Shown here: piece after piece, positions 37,080 through 49,198 of the stretch
Layout of the letters: each line of letters starts with the position of its first letter
How positions within the stretch are numbered: position 1 is the first letter of the stretch
Assembly: GCF_003918875.1 (NCBI RefSeq)
Contig: NW_025767412.1
Span: 1,674,001 to 1,738,000, forward strand
Reading direction: 5' to 3'
DNA length: 64,000 bases
From: Haliotis rubra
Lineage: Eukaryota
Made by a program: the position numbers and the translations under genes
Notes under the pieces: generated by a model
Database searches by the model: none
What the model was told of the DNA's origin: nothing
The model's input: only the letters and a program-made list of their open reading frames with translations

Positions 37080-37377
37080 GTGATATACACAGGATACTAA
37101 ACGACCTTCCGTGTAATACCAATTTTATTAAACGAGTTAATGATTTAGTATCAAACGTGTTGGTATCAAGCGGGTTTGATACTAAATCTTTCACGGGTTT
37201 AATAAAAATGTTATTTCACGGAAGCGAGTTTAGTATTCTGTTTATCACTCTTCAACATAATTTACAGTCTAATACCACTGTGACAGAGGTATTAGCATTG
37301 TGACGTCATAACTGTAAACCATTATGATGTCATACGTCATTGTGTAATAACATTGTAGATTTATTAAACAGTGATAT
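37080..37377. mobile_element. Hairpin-containing non-autonomous element with GTGATAT terminal direct repeats (copy at 39171-39469; possibly Crypton-like)
   Basis: Imperfect ~170-bp palindrome at 37080-37248; the right end ...TTAAACAGTGATA is complementary to TATCACT at ~37243. Confidence 0.6.
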
Positions 37378-37691
37378 CTTCAACGGGTAATAAATAAATG
37401 TTAAAAAGGTAAATCACGTTGAGGACTTAATTTGACGTTAGCATGGTGGAGTTGTATTTTGGTAAATCAAACATTAACACTTTTGCGACCCCATCAATTT
37501 CGCAGCTGCTGTTACCGAACCGCTCCAACCGCACATCGTTCTGTATCCCCATAGTTTTTCTGCGTCAATACTGAGGTTTATTAGTCGTTACAACGTACTT
37601 CCACCTCTCCGAATGGCCACGTTAAATATATCGTGTCCACGATATGAAGTTATACCTATCGATTTATGAATATGCATGACTATGAAAAGAG

Positions 37692-37698
37692 TATAAAA
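37692..37698 (+). promoter_or_regulatory. TATA box (TATAAAA) of gene 4 exon 1a; exon 1b equivalent at 39785-39791
   Basis: Canonical TATA ~60 bp upstream of the ATG in both copies. Confidence 0.6.
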
Positions 37699-37755
37699 TT
37701 ATCATCTTCAAGATAACAGATATCTGTCCTATTCCTATCTTCAGAGTAGCGCACA

Positions 37756-37975
37756 ATGAGGGATACACAATCCTCGCCGTTGTGACAGTGGTCACTCTGG
37801 CCGTGGTCAGCGCCACCTCGGGATATCCCAGAACTAAACTGTGCCACCAGTCCTGCGCCAATGTCAAGTGTCCCAAGCTGCGGCGACGACACTGTCAGAT
37901 AGTGATGAAGCAGTGTGGCTGCTGCCCAGTGTGTGCGTCAGGTATTGGGCGGCGGTGCGGCTCGCAGCATCCACC
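37756..37975 (+). pseudogene. Gene 4 exon 1a (duplicated first exon); apparent 1-bp frameshift just after the ATG
   Basis: ATGAGGGATAC (G3) versus ATGAGGGGATAC (G4) in copy b. Otherwise it reads ...TKLCHQSCANVKCPKLRRRHCQIVMKQCGCCPVCASGIGRRCGSQHP with an intact donor CC|GTGAGT. May be a homopolymer sequencing error. Confidence 0.7.
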
Positions 37976-38567
37976 GTGAGTAGTACATATTACCAGTTAC
38001 CAATAATTCATCATTCAATATCCATTGTGCTTTGTCAATTGTGCATTGTCCATTGTGCATTGTCCATTGTGCATTACCCATAGGCGATTACGCATTGGCT
38101 ATTTATTATCCATAAGCCATTAGTCATTCCCCATTCCCCATTATAGATTGGCCATTGCCCATTGTCCATTACCCATTATCCACTGGCCATTACCTTTTAC
38201 TTATTATCTATTATCCATTGCACATTACCATTACTCATTACCAGTTACCCATTACCAGTAACACATATCTCGATGATATTGCTTCCATATTGCTAAAAGC
38301 GGCGTAAAACCATACTCGCTCACTATAAGGTAAGGAATTCTATTCTTCCCAAATGCTTCTGCATATTTCCCTGCCACGCATAACGTATTAAAAAGACCTG
38401 TACGTCAATAAACTATTATTGTAGACCCTTTCTTCAGCCTCAAGGTGAACTGATACCAAGAAACCTTTGTTGTTAGATGTTCTAAAATCAGTGTAGAGTA
38501 CAGGTTGCTACCTTTTCCAAGGAGTCTCGATGAACTTATGATATATCGCTCGTCCTTGGACTAAAGT

Positions 38568-38775
38568 TGGTTGGTTGTTTAACGCTGCACTCACCAATAT
38601 CCAAACAATATGGCGGTGGTCTGTATATAGTCAAGTCTGGATCAGACAATCCAGTGATCAGCAGCATGAGCATCGATCTAAGCAAATAAGGATACGATGA
38701 CATGTGTCAACCATGTCAGCGAGCCTGACCACCCGATCCCGTTAGTCTCCTCTTACGACAAGTATTGGTTGCTGC
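38568..38775 (-). mobile_element. SINE family B copy (duplicate at ~40677-40885)
   Basis: Reverse complement of the family B core and tail. Confidence 0.75.
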
Positions 38776-39848
38776 ATAAAGACCAAATCATACTCGGTAA
38801 CGTCACAAATGACATTCATATCACACTGCTTGAAAACATCGGTAGTCTCATGAGAGCATCTAAAAGTTTCACGGAGACTTTTAACAGTACACAAAGACAT
38901 ATAGTTTGTCATATAACATTTGACCAATATCAACACTGTCCGGCAATGAATAACACTGCATGAGGTGAACACTGTCTCCATAATTTCACGTTGTCTATTG
39001 ATGAACTAGGTACTGTCAACCAGGTTTGTTATGTACACTTACCAGTGTAATCAAATACATGTATTGTAACCAGCTTTCATGCCTTGTTAAAGCTGATTAT
39101 AATGCCACGCGATTAAAATTCAGGTTTTACATTAAATGACATTAGACCAGAAATATGTCACGCATTTCGTGTGATATACACAGGATACTAAACGACCTTC
39201 CGTGTAATACCAATTTTATTAAACGAGTTAATGATTTAGTATCAAACGTGTTGGTATCAAGCGGGTTTGATACTAAATCTTTCACGGGTTTAATAAAAAT
39301 GTTATTTCACGGAAGCGAGTTTAGTATTCTGTTTATCACTCTTCAACATAATTTACAGTCTAATACCACTGTGACAGAGGTATTAGCATTGTGACGTCAT
39401 AACTGTAAACCATTATGATGTCATACGTCATTGTAATAATAACATTGTAGATTTATTAAACAGTGATATCTTCAACGGGTAATAAATAAATGTTAAAAAG
39501 GTAAATCACGTTGAGGACTTAATTTGACGTTAGCATGGTGGAGTTGTATTTTGGTAAATCAAACATTAACACTTTTGCGACCCCATCAATTTCGCAGCTG
39601 CTGTTACCGAACCGCTCCAACCGCACATCGTTCAGTATCCCCATAGTTTTTCTGCGTCAATACTGAGGTTTATTAGTCGTTACAACGTACTTCCACCTCT
39701 CCGAATGGCCACGTTAAATATATCGTGTCCACGATATGAAGTTATACCTATCGATTTATGAATATGCATGACTATGAAAAAGAGTATAAAATTATCATCT
39801 TCAAGATAACAGATATCTGTCCTATTCCTATCTTCAGAGTAGCGCACA

Positions 39849-40069
39849 ATGAGGGGATACACAATCCTCGCCGTTGTGACAGTGGTCACTCTGGCCGTGG
39901 TCAGCGCCACCTCGGGATATCCCAGAACTAAACTGTGCCACCAGTCCTGCGCCAATGTCAAGTGTCCCAAGCTGCGGCGACGACACTGTCAGATAGTGAT
40001 GAAGCCGTGTAGCTGCTGCCCAGTGTGTGCGTCGGGTATTGGGCGGCGGTGCGGCTCGCAGCATCCACC
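39849..40069 (+). CDS. Basic IGFBP-N single-domain secreted protein (gene 4), exon 1b
   Basis: MRGYTILAVVTVVTLAVVSA (signal peptide-like) + TSGYPRTKLCHQSCANVKCPKLRRRHCQIVMKPCSCCPVCASGIGRRCGSQHP; phase-2 donor CC|GTGAGT at 40070. Confidence 0.88.
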
Positions 40070-41092
40070 GTGAGTAGTACATATTACCCGTTACCAATTA
40101 TTCATCATTCAATATCCATTGTGCTTTGTCCATTGTGCTTTGTCCATTGTGCATTGTCCATTGTGCATTACCCACAGGCGATTATGCATTGGCTATTGCC
40201 CATTATTCATTATCCATAAGCCATTAGTCATGCCCCATTCCCCATTATAGATTGGCCATTACCCATTGGCCATTACCCATTATCCACTGGACATTACCTA
40301 TTACTTATTATCTATTATCAATTGCACATTACCATTACTCATTACCAATTACCCATTACCAGTAACACATATCTCGATGATATTGCTTCCATATTGCTAA
40401 AGGCGGCGTAAAACCATACTCGCTCACTATAACGTAAGGAATTCTATTCTTCCCAAATGCTTCTGCACATTTCCCTGCCACGCATAACGTATTAAAAAGA
40501 CCTTTACGTCAATAAACTATTATTGTAGACCCTTTCTTCAGCTCCGGCCTCAAGGGGAATTGATGCCAAGAAACCTTTGTTGTTAGATGTTCTAAAACCA
40601 GTGTAGAGTACAGGTTGCTACCTTTTCCAAGGAGTCTCGATGAACTTATAATATATAGCTCGTCCTTGGACTAAAGTTGGTTGGTTGTTTAACGCTGCAC
40701 TCACCAATATCCGAACAATATGGCGGTGGTCTGTATATAGTCAAGTCTGGATCAGACAATCCAGTGATCAGCAGCATGAGCATCGATCTAAGTAATTAGG
40801 GTACGATGACATGTGTCAACCATGTCAGCGAGCCTGACCACCCGATCCCGTTAGTCTCCTCTTACGACAAGTATTGGTTGCTGCATAAAGACCAAATCAT
40901 ACTCGGTAACGTCACAAATGACATTCATATCACACTGCTTGAAAACATCGGTAGTCTCATGAGAGCATCTAAAAGTTTCACGGAGACTTTTAACAGTACA
41001 TAAAGACATATAGTTTGTCATATAACATTTGACTGAAGGATTTCTCCCTTTACATACCAAGTGGCATGTGTTCAACTTCATTTACTTAACAG

Positions 41093-41288
41093 GTGTATGA
41101 AATATCTGTGGTGCATCAAGCAGACTATCACGTCCATAGAGGCCCATCGCGGATCATTGCCGGACCAGTTCAAGGGCGTCTGTGGTCACGTGAGGCCCAT
41201 TATGAAGAGGAGGCGTTACCGGAAACGGAAGCGGAAGTGGAGGGCAAGGCCAAGATGGATGTGGCATCTGAAGAGGGGAGGACATTGA
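41093..41288 (+). CDS. Gene 4, exon 2 (138-aa precursor with exon 1b)
   Basis: Acceptor TTTACTTAACAG| at 41092. Reads (P)CMKYLWCIKQTITSIEAHRGSLPDQFKGVCGHVRPIMKRRRYRKRKRKWRARPRWMWHLKRGGH*. C..LWC...IEA...FKGVC matches perlustrin exon 2. AATAAA near 41505. Confidence 0.88.
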
Positions 41289-41772
41289 AACCTCGATAAA
41301 TGATGTCTTTAGCATATCCTGTCACTTCTTTTGTTCCATCGTGAATAGAAAACGTGTCTGTAACTTCCAGATTCCATATAAAGATTGGGAATGTCGGATG
41401 AAGTGTGAAAATTGATTTTGTTATTGTAACTGATTATGATCCCGCGGTCAGGAGTGTGTTCAAGGTTTTTTGGACTTTGTATGCTTTGAAATGAAAATCT
41501 AATGAATAAAATGTAAGCGGAGACTTGATTTCTCGCTCTCGCTGTTGGATAAAGGGACATAAGTGGCCTAGTAGTCTAATAAGGGGCTATGGATGCAGTT
41601 TGACTTCCAAATCAACCTTGATTATGTTTATTGGTTTGTCATGAAATATCCATGGATAGGATCTGTAAATATTTATATTGAGGACATAGAATATAGATCT
41701 ATAGATCGACTGAGTGGATTACAGCAAGCCAGTGATGAAATCCGGGACAGCGTCACACCCAACAAAGTGAAA

Positions 41773-41774
<2 letters not shown>

Positions 41775-41811
<37 letters not shown>
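41775..41811. repeat. (GA)n microsatellite
   Basis: About 18 GA units. Confidence 0.95.
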
Positions 41812-41814
<3 letters not shown>

Positions 41815-42719
41815 ACAGTTCACCACTGTGTCAAGGTTTCACTATGCCTCACGACAACTGCACAACGCTGTACTGGAAATATTGTATTGCAAGCTTGCCC
41901 CAATTATGCTCGACGTGATCGCCCATTACACGCTTAGTACTTGTTTCAAACTGAGCCAGACCCTAACAGGAAGACACCTACCGTATCAATTACCGTCACG
42001 AGCCGCGTTAACTCCAAACGACTAGGTGTGATATTAATTTCAGGTAAATGCGTGCTTATGAATATCTATTAAGTTTTGAAGGTTTAGTGTGTCATTGAAA
42101 ACAGGTTTCGTATAGTAAGAATCAGTGTTCCAGCTGAGCAATCCCTCCTACACCTCACGTTATGATGACGCACTGAAAACATCCCCCAAATTATTACAAA
42201 ACGACAAATGTGAAATGTGAAGGCGCCTATAATTTTGCAATGTTCCTTTAATTAAGTGGTTATCAAACAAGGATATTACAAGCACGATAAAGGCACTTCG
42301 ACACAATATATACAGGCAGTGTGTCATCATTACGTGAAGTGCACTTATAGAACGATGTGCATGCACGTGTGTGTGGCTGCATGTTTACTATGTCGGACTT
42401 AACTCGTAGCCCCCTTACCGCAATGCTGTAACCAAGACAAACATACTATACCGACCAGTAAATGTTGTATCCCCTAGACACCAAATGCCAGGCTGGCTAA
42501 CAACAAGTACCATGTTCGACTTCTTTTTGAATGACGTTGCCAGGGGATCGAACCACCGATCATCCATACCGTTTTAAGACAAAAATAACTCGTTCCACAC
42601 ATACTGCTGGATGTCCTGAAATTATGTTGTAAGAAAGATATTGTTCGGCTCGTCGTCTTGGAGAAAGTGCCAATCTTGTCTTTCATTGTGACATTTAATT
42701 ATCAGACAAAGTCCTTCGA

Positions 42720-43270
42720 CCATTTGGTATGGCTGGTATACGAGCCTACCGCCCCTTCCGTGGAATGGCCTTGACACGTCTACACCGTCAACACAAACTG
42801 CAATGGGCACGAACTGCACGTCGATGGTGCCAAAATACGTTCATTCGTTCGATGGAGAAGGCGTCATGGTATGGGGCGACATTTGTGGTCAGAAAACAAC
42901 AAGACTGGTTATCATCCGAGGACATCTGAATGTCCAGCTATACAGGGAAGAAGTGTTGAGACCTTTTGTTCTGACCTTTATTCGACAACAGCCATGATGA
43001 GTCTTTTTGCAGAACGACAACGCAAGGCCTCCGAGGGTACCTGCACAACGTTAACGTTAACGTCAACGTATTGCCTTGGCCAGGGCGTTCTCCAAACATG
43101 AACCCCATCCAACATCTCTGGGATCATCTTGATCGTCAACTGAGACAGCGTGCACGACCTCCAGCGAACAGACAGGAACCGACAGGAACCGACTCTCTTG
43201 GACTTATGGAACAGGATTCCTGCTGGTGACGTGTGATGGCGTGTCCCCTGACTCATTGTGTGTCTCTTTA
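42720..43270 (+). mobile_element. Tc1/mariner transposase pseudogene fragment
   Basis: Tc1-type motifs LTRLHRQHKLQWAR, GVMVWGDI, GHLNVQLYREEVLRPFV and NVLPWPGRSPNMNPIQHLWDHL spread across frames. Confidence 0.85.
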
Positions 43271-44367
43271 TGTTTTGAATAAACTCTGATTTGTGTAATT
43301 TTTCATTTTGACTCCTTGACTTTCTTATGAATTGCGCCAAATGCAAGAACAGCATTACAATACATTTTCAGTCAAATTATTAAATTTTGAAAATAATTTG
43401 TTTGTAGAATATTTATCATAAATCTTAATGTTCATGTATTCATCCAACATAAGTTTATGTTCATGCTCATTGCAAATGGAAATTGATCGACATTATATGT
43501 CCATATGGGGAGATTTCAATTTCAATCGTCAAAAAAATATCGGTTGTTCAAATTTCCAAAATGAAAAAAAATCGTTTCCCACTTTTCTGCGATTCACTGT
43601 TAAAACTGACTACCTGTCTGTGGATGTTATCGTCATTACAGTACATGTTGAAGAATAATAGTAGAGGAAGAAGTACCCATTTTAAGAATTCGTGACAATA
43701 AAGACGACGGGATCTGTCATTTCAATGCCAGGATTTTCTCATATGGAACCTGAAGTTAGATTCCTTCAGAATATCTGTGTGTAACGCCAATAACCTCGCG
43801 TTTAGTCAAATTTTGATTGATTTGTGCCCACTGAGCTCCGATTGATGTCTCCATTTGCTGTATAGACAGGGAATATTTTGCGAGGTATCTTTACAAATGT
43901 ACGATCACTGATAGTTTAGCAAATGGTTTCACTTTGATGCCCACGTAAAATATCAGTCAGTTGGTAATAAGCGTTAGTATCCAAATTAAGAAAAAGGTTC
44001 ATCATATTGTTTTCAAGGGTCATTTCAATATAAAGGCGTATAAACATTATGTTCTTAAAAACAATTCCCCCTTTTAGGCTAAACTAAAGGACAAAATACC
44101 CGAGTCAAAATATTTCCTTTTTTTGCGACAGAATTGCGAGAACAGTCAATCATTGATTGTTCCACAATGTGAACTGTGAACTCGGAGTTGAATAAATACA
44201 AAACAGTTACATTAAGTTTTCATTTAAGAAAATCGTGGCTGATCGTTACGAAAACCAGGGAATAAAAACACCTAAAGATAATCTTTCGTTCTGTATTATT
44301 TTACAAAGTCGTTTCAAACCCAGGACGGGATTTTGAATTGATTGAAAAAGATTTTGTGAACTGTTTG

Positions 44368-44473
44368 AGAGGCATTCTGGTAGTAATAGGAATGACAAGT
44401 CTTTATGGATGACCAACTTCGTTATTGTACAACAGCGACGAATTCGGTATAGATACTTATACCGTTTTCAAGC
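44368..44473 (-). mobile_element. Penelope-like pLTR end with hammerhead-like motif
   Basis: Homologous to 24674-24784; minus strand reads GC-TTGAAAAC-GGTATA-loop-TATACC-GAATTC-GTC-GC. Confidence 0.6.
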
Positions 44474-44999
44474 CTGCGTCGTTGTTTGATCTGTAGTGGT
44501 TTCAATTTTATGACGGTTAATTTTGTGTATTTACACAGTCTGTACAATCCTTGGACCTGACTGAGAATGAGACTCCTGTAGACGATGTTCATGTGGACCT
44601 GCCTAAAATGTATATCTTTAGGATCGACTAACATCTAGATGAACATATTTTACAGCAAAAAACGGTTCCTTAATTATAATCATAAAATATAATGAAAAGT
44701 TTCCCGAGACTTTCTTCATTAGCAGATACACTTTAGTAATGTTGGCATGCATGGACTTTGTTGAATATACTTGGTTGACTACCTTTGGTTGTAATGCTGT
44801 TGTCGCAACTGAAAATAATGCTAAAGGGTCACGTTCCATCACCCTATCCACAACATTGTCAGTGTCCTCTTTTTAGTTTCGACATTCTACCAAAAACCCT
44901 TTTGATCACAAGTCAGAGATGGATGACGCCTATGTAGCGCGGTCGTCGAGGCGCAGCGATTCTTTGTGCGTAGATGTTCCTTCACAAACGTGGTTGACT

Positions 45000-45250
45000 A
45001 CCCGTGATGATCCGGGTTAGAATATTGATCTTCAGTAACCCCTGCTTGTCGTAAGAGGCGACTAACGGGATCGGGTGGTCAGGCTCGCTGACTTGGTTGA
45101 CAAATGTCATCGGTTCCCAATTGCGCAGATCGATGGTCATGATGTTGATCACTGGATTGTCTGGTCTAGACTTGATTATTTACAGACCGCCGCTACATAG
45201 CGGGAATATTGCTGAGTGCGGCGTAAAACTAAACTCACTCACACTCACTC
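45000..45250 (+). mobile_element. SINE family B, full-length copy (further copies at ~45682-45880 and ~46232-46436)
   Basis: Complete head-core-tail. Confidence 0.85.
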
Positions 45251-47911
45251 AAAGTGGTTGACGACGTATACAGCATCACCCTGGCCTCCCCTTCCACACC
45301 AAACTCACATCCACACCCACTCATTCACTCACTCACTCACTCACTCACTCACTCACTCAGACAGTTGACAGTGTGTCGATTGAGAACAAATACTAACACT
45401 CTACAAAGACGTTATCACATCTTTAAATGGTTGTTACAGACTTGTTGCACAACATACCCTGATTTATTCAAAATATTATATGCAGTGATAGTGACTACGC
45501 TCTGCCTTGGCTCTGAAATACAGAGAACTTGTCAGAGAACAATATGAATATGTATGGTTCTTGCTTTAAACTATGTTTATGTGCTATGGGTTGTCCATAA
45601 CATTGGTGTGTTTCTGTATTATGTCTACAAAATTATTCATGTTAGAAATAATATCCAACGTTAACGGCATGAACAAGTTCACGTGAAGGTCCGGGTGAGA
45701 AAAGGTCTTCAGCTACCCATGCTTGTCGTAAGAGGCGACTAACGGGATCGGGTGGTCAGGCTCGCTGACTTGGTTGACACATGTCATCGTATCATGCTGT
45801 TGATCACTGCATTGTCTGGCCCGCCGCCATATAGCCTGAAAATGCTGAGTGCGGTGTTAAACAACAACCAAACAACCAATTCATTCCGTATACTCAACGT
45901 TCTGTTGCGCCTGTCGGGGAAATCCAAAGTAAACCGAGACTCATAAACAGTAATTTGACGGTCCGTCAGTCCTGGGACAACACGTGGACTTCATGAATGC
46001 ATGTTGCATCTGTGCAGCCGTCTGTCCACTCACTCTAACATGTAGCTCTGCGAAGCTCATCTCCAATTTTCTTAATGATATTGAGAATATGTTTGTGAAG
46101 CTTTCTATCCCGATCATGTTTACGTACTTATCATGCTTGCACGAAATTGACCTGTTTGCACGAAATTGACCTGTTTGCACGAAATTCATAACACGTTCGT
46201 AATGGAATAATCATTTTCTAAATCATACTGGTCTTCAGCAACCCATGCTTCTCGTTAGATCATGGGTGGTCAGGCTCGCTGACTTGACTTGACACATGTC
46301 ATCGGTTCCCAATTGCGTAGACCGATGCTCATGCTGTTGATCACTGGATTGTCTGATCCAGACTCGATTATTTACAGACCGGTGCCGTATAGTTGGAATA
46401 TTGCTGAGTGTTGCGTTAAACAACAAACAAACAAATCATATAGCTTGGTTCTCGCATTATATCACCCCGATATTCCCTACCTTTTAACTGAATATATCAA
46501 TGCACTCGGAAACGTGTGGAAAGTTTCGAGGAAAACAATGTTCAGGTATGTATTTAGTTCGCCAAATACAGATGTGCCATGTTTTGGATGTGTTTTAACT
46601 GACCTTTTGAGATAGTATATTACTACTGCACTGCCATTTCTGGCTACATTCTCCCTTGAAAGAACATGCCTGGGTCTGACGGAACGAGAGCTACAACTGG
46701 AACAGGACCAGGTGGTAGCGCTGGTTTAGTTGGTCCAGTCTTTGTTGTACATTTGGAACAGATACCCCAAGGCTGTATTCAATCATCGAGTGTCGTCACC
46801 GCAGCTGCCTGGACCTGCGACTGGTCAGACCCAAGATTGATATAGTGAAGTGAGTTGTTACACCAACCCTCTTTCAGGGCATGTCATTCCGTCGGCTGTT
46901 ACAAGACAAAGGTCTTGTCAAAGAATTCTGTACGATAAAACATTTATCAGATGAATAAACATATATTTGCTGTTATTGCAACTTTGACAGTGGGGGTGAC
47001 CTCGCCAAGATTAGCTCTGCCACCACAGCACAGGTGTCGTTCATTACCTGGTGAACGTCAGTATGTCCCGTGATTTACGTTGACAATCGACCGAAAAGTT
47101 ACACAACTGCATTTGGAGAATTCCAATTTCTGAAAATACCGCGAATCAGTGTTGTCACTAATCATCAGTTGGTTGATGGGGAACAAGCCAAACATGGAAA
47201 CTGAGACCTGAGGACCTCTTCTAAAAGTGAATCTCCCCTGGGGCATATCTGCTGTAAGACCTGTACAGTTGACATCGTCATCACATCTACGGGAGACACC
47301 AAAACATATCTGCTGTAAGACATGTACAGTTGACATCGTCATCACATCTACGGGGAACACCAAACATTGTCTGCGCACATTGTACCCATGTGGGGAATAG
47401 ATCCCAGGTATTCGGCATGACGAGCGAACGCTTAACCACTACGCTACCCACCGTCCCATTATATTCAGAAACAGAGGGTCGCATCAACGACTCTTTACTG
47501 TATGGGGTATATTTAACAATATATTCAGAAAGACAATATACGTTTGCAGACATGATCAATGATCGTTTATTAGTATCTAAATGCACGAGACGTTTCTGTG
47601 TTGTGTTCACAAGACATTGTACGGTGGCGGTGCTAGATTAGCATACTGTCCTGATTGAACATTATGTGCCAACATTGTGCCTGAACAAACGTATTGTTTC
47701 TACACGTGAGTACAACTAGTGGATAAGACTGATGTGTACAAGTATTCGAAATTTGCACAACGCAAACAAACGAACATTGAACTCATAAGGTATGCACTCA
47801 CCATAACGAGAATGAAACATCACACTCAAACAAAATGTCCACCACTTCAGAATGTCACAAAGTTCTCATAGCTCTATAGCTTCAGATCCAAAGACGTCAT
47901 CAAGTATTTAT

Positions 47912-49198
47912 CTACGATGTATGTGTATGGTCCGTGTTCTCGTCAGTATATCTGGTTGGAGTTGAAGTCTGCCTGATACGAAGGATTCTGAAGAAGGTGG
48001 TCCGGAAACTTGTACTGAGCCAGATGTAGGCAAGGAAATCTGTACACAGGCTCAAGTTCGTCAGTGTTGAGCATAGAGCCTGTAGCACTGAAAACAAGTA
48101 GTGGTAACGCGTGTACGGCCCGTATATGCTCGGGAACAGACTGAAAGCCATGGCGTTGGTTGCATGTGGAAGGGCCAGGAAGAGGAACACCAAACTGGAG
48201 GTGATGATCGTCACTGTTGTCTGCCTTTCTTGTCTTGCTGTTTTGTCCGTGTCTATCGTAGTCTTCCACTGTTGTCTTTTCTTGGAATAGCGTTTCAGGG
48301 CGCAAACCACAAGTAGATTAAGGAACAGTCCTCCAAGGAGAAGTGCGTAGACAAATAGGAAATTATCTGTAGTGCTCATACCTCGGAGGAACGTCTGATC
48401 GGGATGTTTGTAAGTAAGGGTGTATTTCGTAGTATTTTGGTCTGTAGTGATTTCAATTAGTTTATATCGGAATGGACTGAAGACGTAGTACACCGAAGGG
48501 ATCAAGAATGCCATCATGATTATAGACTTGGGGCGTCTCATGAACACAAAGGTTTTAGCTTTCAGAGGAAAGACTACCACGAGCAGTCTCTCAATAGACA
48601 CCAGGAATACAAGAAAGAAGATGGTTCTTTGAAACACAGGTCTGAAGTACAGTTCAATGTAGATGATATAGGTGTTGTAAAACCATGTAAATACATCATC
48701 CGAAAGCATGTGATATAGGGTTTTACCCACGACACAGGTTGAATATAGGATGTCCATTACACTGATTGCGATGAGGTAGAAATTGGTCGAGTTCTGGTCC
48801 TGTGAGATGAACACTACGATGTTGAAACCATTCAAGACGAAGGCCAACATAAACAGGAAGACGTTTATAGGATTGTTATGCTTCAGAATAGCCAAATATG
48901 TTTCCCTCGAAATAGACGTTTGGGCAGGTATGTTGTTCTTCACAGAAGTCACAAGTTCTGATGAGCAGTTGAAGGTGATGTTGCATGCGCCATCTGAGGA
49001 CTTTGTGCCTGTTGGCACTCGCGTTGTTTCTTCAACGTTTCCCTCGGTGCTTAGCTCCTTCAGCGTCGTGTCAGTTCTTGTTGTGTTGTTAAAAGGAAAG
49101 CTTGTAGTAGTTACATTTACAGGATTGACGTTTACAGCTTGCATATTTCTGTTGATGCAACCAAGCAACAGAGCCACGAATGCGAGGAGTCCCTGCAT
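47912..49198 (-). CDS. Intronless rhodopsin-class (class A) GPCR, 428 aa; FMRFamide/sex-peptide-receptor-like or gastropod chemosensory-like group
   Basis: Seven hydrophobic segments: TM1 G-F-N, STNFYLIAISVMD (TM2), SIERLLVVVFPLKAK (end of TM3), FLFLALP (TM6), DFLAY...SFR (TM7/H8). The N-terminus is signal-like and followed by a Thr-rich stretch with N-glycosylation sequons. TATAAAA at 49233-49239 (-). Confidence 0.93.
   Translation of the reverse strand: MQGLLAFVALLLGCINRNMQAVNVNPVNVTTTSFPFNNTTRTDTTLKELSTEGNVEETTRVPTGTKSSDGACNITFNCSSELVTSVKNNIPAQTSISRETYLAILKHNNPINVFLFMLAFVLNGFNIVVFISQDQNSTNFYLIAISVMDILYSTCVVGKTLYHMLSDDVFTWFYNTYIIYIELYFRPVFQRTIFFLVFLVSIERLLVVVFPLKAKTFVFMRRPKSIIMMAFLIPSVYYVFSPFRYKLIEITTDQNTTKYTLTYKHPDQTFLRGMSTTDNFLFVYALLLGGLFLNLLVVCALKRYSKKRQQWKTTIDTDKTARQERQTTVTIITSSLVFLFLALPHATNAMAFSLFPSIYGPYTRYHYLFSVLQALCSTLTNLSLCTDFLAYIWLSTSFRTTFFRILRIRQTSTPTRYTDENTDHTHTS

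Larger units (their letters stand above)
36834..41033. repeat. Tandem duplication, 2 x ~2.1 kb (36834-38924 and 38925-41033), covering promoter, exon 1 and most of intron 1 of gene 4
   Basis: Collinear copies with substitutions and small indels; blunt junction TTTGAC|CAATATC at 38924/38925. Confidence 0.95.

Noticed and set aside
37064-37303. 79-aa ORF repeated identically at 39155..39394
   Set aside because: It lies within a palindromic mobile element, and the identity reflects the recent tandem duplication rather than coding constraint.
46660-46850. GC-richer patch with short open frames on both strands (Pro-rich on the minus strand)
   Set aside because: No convincing splice pair, start context or homology; cannot be supported without expression data.
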